From Candidatus Eiseniibacteriota bacterium (GTDB taxonomy: Bacteria > Eisenbacteria > RBG-16-71-46), in contig CAVUWA010000002.1 in the NCBI GenBank assembly GCA_963744995.1, positions 352,001-416,000 on the forward strand: a stretch of 64,000 bases of DNA. The letters run 5' to 3'. Made by a program: the position numbers and the translations under genes. Within the stretch, counting starts at the first letter, position 1; the number at the start of each line of letters is the position of its first letter. Under the pieces are notes generated by a model. It saw nothing but the letters and a program-made list of their open reading frames with translations. It made no database searches and was not told where the DNA came from. Positions 60,880 through 64,000 of the stretch are shown in pieces.

Positions 60880-61383
60880 CTACTGGACGTTCGAGGCCAC
60901 GCCCGCCGGCGCCACGCGCATACGGGCGCGCACGACCTGTTCGCCATTGGCGTCGAGGTCGCCGAGCGCCCAGCGCAGCGCGCGGTACTCCCGATAGGGC
61001 ACGAGCTGCTCGATTTCGTCGCCGTTCGGAAGGCGCACGAGGCGCTTGAGCGGAACGGGGGCGAAGGTCTTTCCGTCGAGGCTCGCCGTCACCCGCGCGG
61101 GCGCCGCGCTCCCCGGCACGTACTCCATGCCGGCGGGAACGGGCAGCGAGGCGAGCAGCTGGTGCGCGGTGGCGTCACCCTCGTTGAGGTAACGCGCGCG
61201 GTACTCGATGGTCTCGCCCGGCCGTACCTGCTCGGCCGCGGCGAGATGTTCGGCGCCGTGTGCGTCGGTGGTGACGCGCTGGGCCGTCATCGAAACCCTG
61301 ACGTCGCCGTCGGCGTGCGCAGGAGCGGCGAACGCGAAAGCGACGAGGGCGAGGACAGCGGGGGCAAAGCGATGCGGATGCAT
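60880..61383 (-). CDS. Small exported single DUF11-like domain protein
   Basis: GGGAGGA RBS, signal peptide, VRPGETIEYRARYLNEG...VPAGMEYVPGSA...ALRW. Confidence 0.85.
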   Translation of the reverse strand: MHPHRFAPAVLALVAFAFAAPAHADGDVRVSMTAQRVTTDAHGAEHLAAAEQVRPGETIEYRARYLNEGDATAHQLLASLPVPAGMEYVPGSAAPARVTASLDGKTFAPVPLKRLVRLPNGDEIEQLVPYREYRALRWALGDLDANGEQVVRARMRVAPAGVASNVQ

Positions 61384-61776
61384 GTCCGGATCCTCCCTGA
61401 CCTGGTCCATACGAACGTGACCGGATCCAGGCGCGGAAGCCGCAGCTCTCGCGCAAGGACCGCGAGGCGGGCACCGGATCGAACACCCGACGTCTCGGCG
61501 AGGGGCCTGAGCCGGGTCGGGTGCCTGCCAGGTCGAGGTATCGGAAGCAGTCGCTGGAGGATTTAGGGGATTCCGGTGCGCTCGCGGCGCGGGAGCGGTG
61601 TCGGGCCGGGTGGAGCCCGCCCGGATCGGCCGCCGGTGCTACAATCCCCGCTTCGCGGAACGCGCGGCCCGAGAGCCGCCCGATCGTCCGCGCCGGTTGA
61701 GAGGCCGGCCGCTCGCGCCGATGGCCGAGCGGCCCGGCGGTATTCCGGTCGCGGCGCACGTCATACCGGATCGATC

Positions 61777-63120
61777 ATGGCTGACCTTTCCATCGACTTC
61801 GCGGGCATCAAGAGTCCCAACCCCTTCTGGCTGGCGAGCGCGCCGCCCACCAATTCCGGCGACCAGGTCATGCGAGCGTTCGACATGGGCTGGGGCGGCG
61901 CGGTGTGGAAGACGCTCGGCGATCCGATCATCGACACCTCGAGCCGCTTCGGCTCGCTCGACGTCGGCAACCAGCGCATGGTGGGGTTCAACAATATCGA
62001 GCTCATCACCGACCGGCCGCTCGAGGTGAACCTGCGCGAGATCCGCGAGGTGAAGAAGCGCTACCCCGACCGCGCCGTGATCGTCTCGCTGATGGTCGAG
62101 TCGAAGGCGGACTGGAAGGAGATCATCAAGCGCACGATCGACACCGGTTGCGACGGGCTCGAACTCAACTTCGGCTGCCCGCACGGCATGTGCGAGCGGG
62201 GCATGGGCTCGGCCGTGGGCCAGGAGCCGAAAGTGCTCACCACCGTCGCCGGCTGGGTGGTCGAGTACTCGACGGTTCCGGTGCTGGTCAAGCTGACGCC
62301 CAACGTCGGCGACATCCTCGAGCCCGGCCTCGCCGCGGTCGAGGCGAGGGTGCACGGCCTCTCGCTGATCAACACGATCAAGAGCCTGATCGGCGTGGAC
62401 CTCGAGCGCTTCGTACCCTACCCGGTCGTCGGGCAGCGCTCGACCAACGGCGGCTACTGCGGGCCGGCGGTGAAGCCGATCGCGCTGCACATGGTGGCGG
62501 CGCTGGCGCGCGACCCGCGGATCGGCGTGCCGATCTCGGGTATCGGCGGCATCGGCACCTGGCGCGACGCGGCGGAGTTCATCGCGCTGGGTTCGACCAG
62601 CGTGCAGGTCTGCACCGCCGTGATGCACTATGGCTTCCGGATCGTGGAGGACATGATCGAGGGGCTCTCCAACTACCTCGACGATCACGGCATGAAGTCG
62701 GTCACCGACCTGCGCGGTCGCGCGTTGCCCGCGTTCACCGAATGGGGTGACCTCGACCTCCATTACAAGGTCGTCGCGGAGGTCGACGCCGACAAGTGCA
62801 TCGGCTGCGATCTGTGCTACGTCGCGTGCCGTGACACCGCGGTGAACTGCATTCACACGGCTGCAGAGCCGTTGAAGGAGGGCCACCTGGCGCCCACGCG
62901 CGAAGCCGCGATGGCGGCGGCGAAGGCGAAGGACGCCCACGTGGTCTGGGTGGACGAGACGGAGTGCATCGGCTGCAACCTGTGTTCGGCGGTGTGCCCC
63001 GTGCACGACTGCATCACGATGAAGGACGTCACGAACGGGCGGCCGTTCGAATCGTGGAACGACCGGATCGCGAAGGGCACCGCCCACGTGCCGGGCGGGC
63101 TCCACGATCCGGTGAGCTGA
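61777..63120 (+). CDS. preA: Dihydropyrimidine dehydrogenase FMN/4Fe-4S subunit
   Basis: NPFWLASAPPT, NNIELI, ELNFGCPHGMCERGMG, KLTPN, GPAVKPIAL, two CxxCxxC ferredoxin motifs. Confidence 0.96.
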   Translation: MADLSIDFAGIKSPNPFWLASAPPTNSGDQVMRAFDMGWGGAVWKTLGDPIIDTSSRFGSLDVGNQRMVGFNNIELITDRPLEVNLREIREVKKRYPDRAVIVSLMVESKADWKEIIKRTIDTGCDGLELNFGCPHGMCERGMGSAVGQEPKVLTTVAGWVVEYSTVPVLVKLTPNVGDILEPGLAAVEARVHGLSLINTIKSLIGVDLERFVPYPVVGQRSTNGGYCGPAVKPIALHMVAALARDPRIGVPISGIGGIGTWRDAAEFIALGSTSVQVCTAVMHYGFRIVEDMIEGLSNYLDDHGMKSVTDLRGRALPAFTEWGDLDLHYKVVAEVDADKCIGCDLCYVACRDTAVNCIHTAAEPLKEGHLAPTREAAMAAAKAKDAHVVWVDETECIGCNLCSAVCPVHDCITMKDVTNGRPFESWNDRIAKGTAHVPGGLHDPVS

Positions 63121-63173
63121 ACTCGAACGCGACGCCGGCCGCGATACGGCGCCGGCGGAGCGGAATACAACAG

Positions 63174-64000
63174 ATGAGCGAACCCCTCGGACTGCAGGCG
63201 ATTCAGGTCCGGCCCGGGCATCCGGACTTTCTCGATCTGCCCTGGACCGATGCCCTGGAGACGTGGCGCGGCGTCACCGGGCGCTTCGTCGAGCTCGAGC
63301 GCGGGCTGTCACGACACGAAGTCGCATTCGTCGGCTACGACCACGGCACCTACGCGCTCAAGGCGATGTCCGAGCGGATCGTGCTCAAGGAGTACGCGAC
63401 GCTGCGCGCCCTCGAGGACGACCGGCTGCCTTCGGTGGAAGCCGTCGGCCACGCGCGCGTGCTGCCGAAGGGCGCCGAAGAGCCGGCCGGCATCCTGATC
63501 ACCCGCTACCTCGACCACTCGCTGCCCTACCGCACGCTGTTCCGCACCTCGGGTCTTGCGCGCTACCGCAGCCGGCTGCTCGACGCGATGGCGAGCCTGC
63601 TCGTACGCCTGCACCTGGCCGGCGTCTACTGGGGCGACTGTTCGCTGTCGAACACGCTGTTCCGGCGCGACGCGGGGGAACTGCAGGCGTTCCTCGTGGA
63701 TGCAGAGACCTCGGCCGTGCACGACGAGCTGAGCGAGGGTCAGCGGCGCCAGGACCTCATGATCATGGAGGAGAACGTCTACGGCGAGTTGTCCGATCTG
63801 TCGGCGGCCGCCGGCTCGCTGCCGCACGGGATCGTGATCCAGGACATGGGCCGGGTGATCCGCGACCGTTACGAGCGGCTGTGGGAGGAGATCACCCGCG
63901 AGGATTCGATCGCGCCGACCGAGGGCTGGCGGATCCACGAGCGCATCCGCGCGCTGAACGGGCTCGGCTTCTCGGTGGGCGAGGTGAGCCTCGTCGCGAC
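63174..64000 (+). CDS. DUF4032 / LPS-kinase-like protein, 3' truncated by the window edge (absent from the ORF track)
   Basis: My translation: PDFLDLPW...GLSRH...SLPYR...LLVRLHLAGVYWGDCSLSNTLFRRDAG...LVDAET. Confidence 0.85.
   Translation, partial: MSEPLGLQAIQVRPGHPDFLDLPWTDALETWRGVTGRFVELERGLSRHEVAFVGYDHGTYALKAMSERIVLKEYATLRALEDDRLPSVEAVGHARVLPKGAEEPAGILITRYLDHSLPYRTLFRTSGLARYRSRLLDAMASLLVRLHLAGVYWGDCSLSNTLFRRDAGELQAFLVDAETSAVHDELSEGQRRQDLMIMEENVYGELSDLSAAAGSLPHGIVIQDMGRVIRDRYERLWEEITREDSIAPTEGWRIHERIRALNGLGFSVGEVSLVA

Overview
GC-rich (~70%) bacterial window with about 40 genes and no rRNA, tRNA, CRISPR array or integrase that I can see. The many secreted proteins with FlgD-Ig/T9SS-like C-terminal tails and a 'SWGxLKxxYR' tail suggest an FCB-related candidate lineage such as Eisenbacteria (inference). 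A + strand backbone carries a complete reductive pyrimidine catabolic pathway (mmsA, beta-ureidopropionase, hydA, class III aminotransferase, preT, preA) spread over 59 kb. Between these genes lie mostly - strand blocks: an ECF sigma/CBM48 cassette with twin divergent promoters, a 21-kb cluster of six secreted cohesin/dockerin-like proteins, pntAB with icd, and a four-gene DUF11 locus. The DUF11 locus is the best candidate for an undescribed system. Its proteins carry complementary halves of a split DUF11 domain, which suggests a head-to-tail, donor-strand-complemented and possibly isopeptide-crosslinked filament with tip, shaft, outer-membrane anchor and a non-reactive chaperone. All family calls come from reading motifs, not from database searches.
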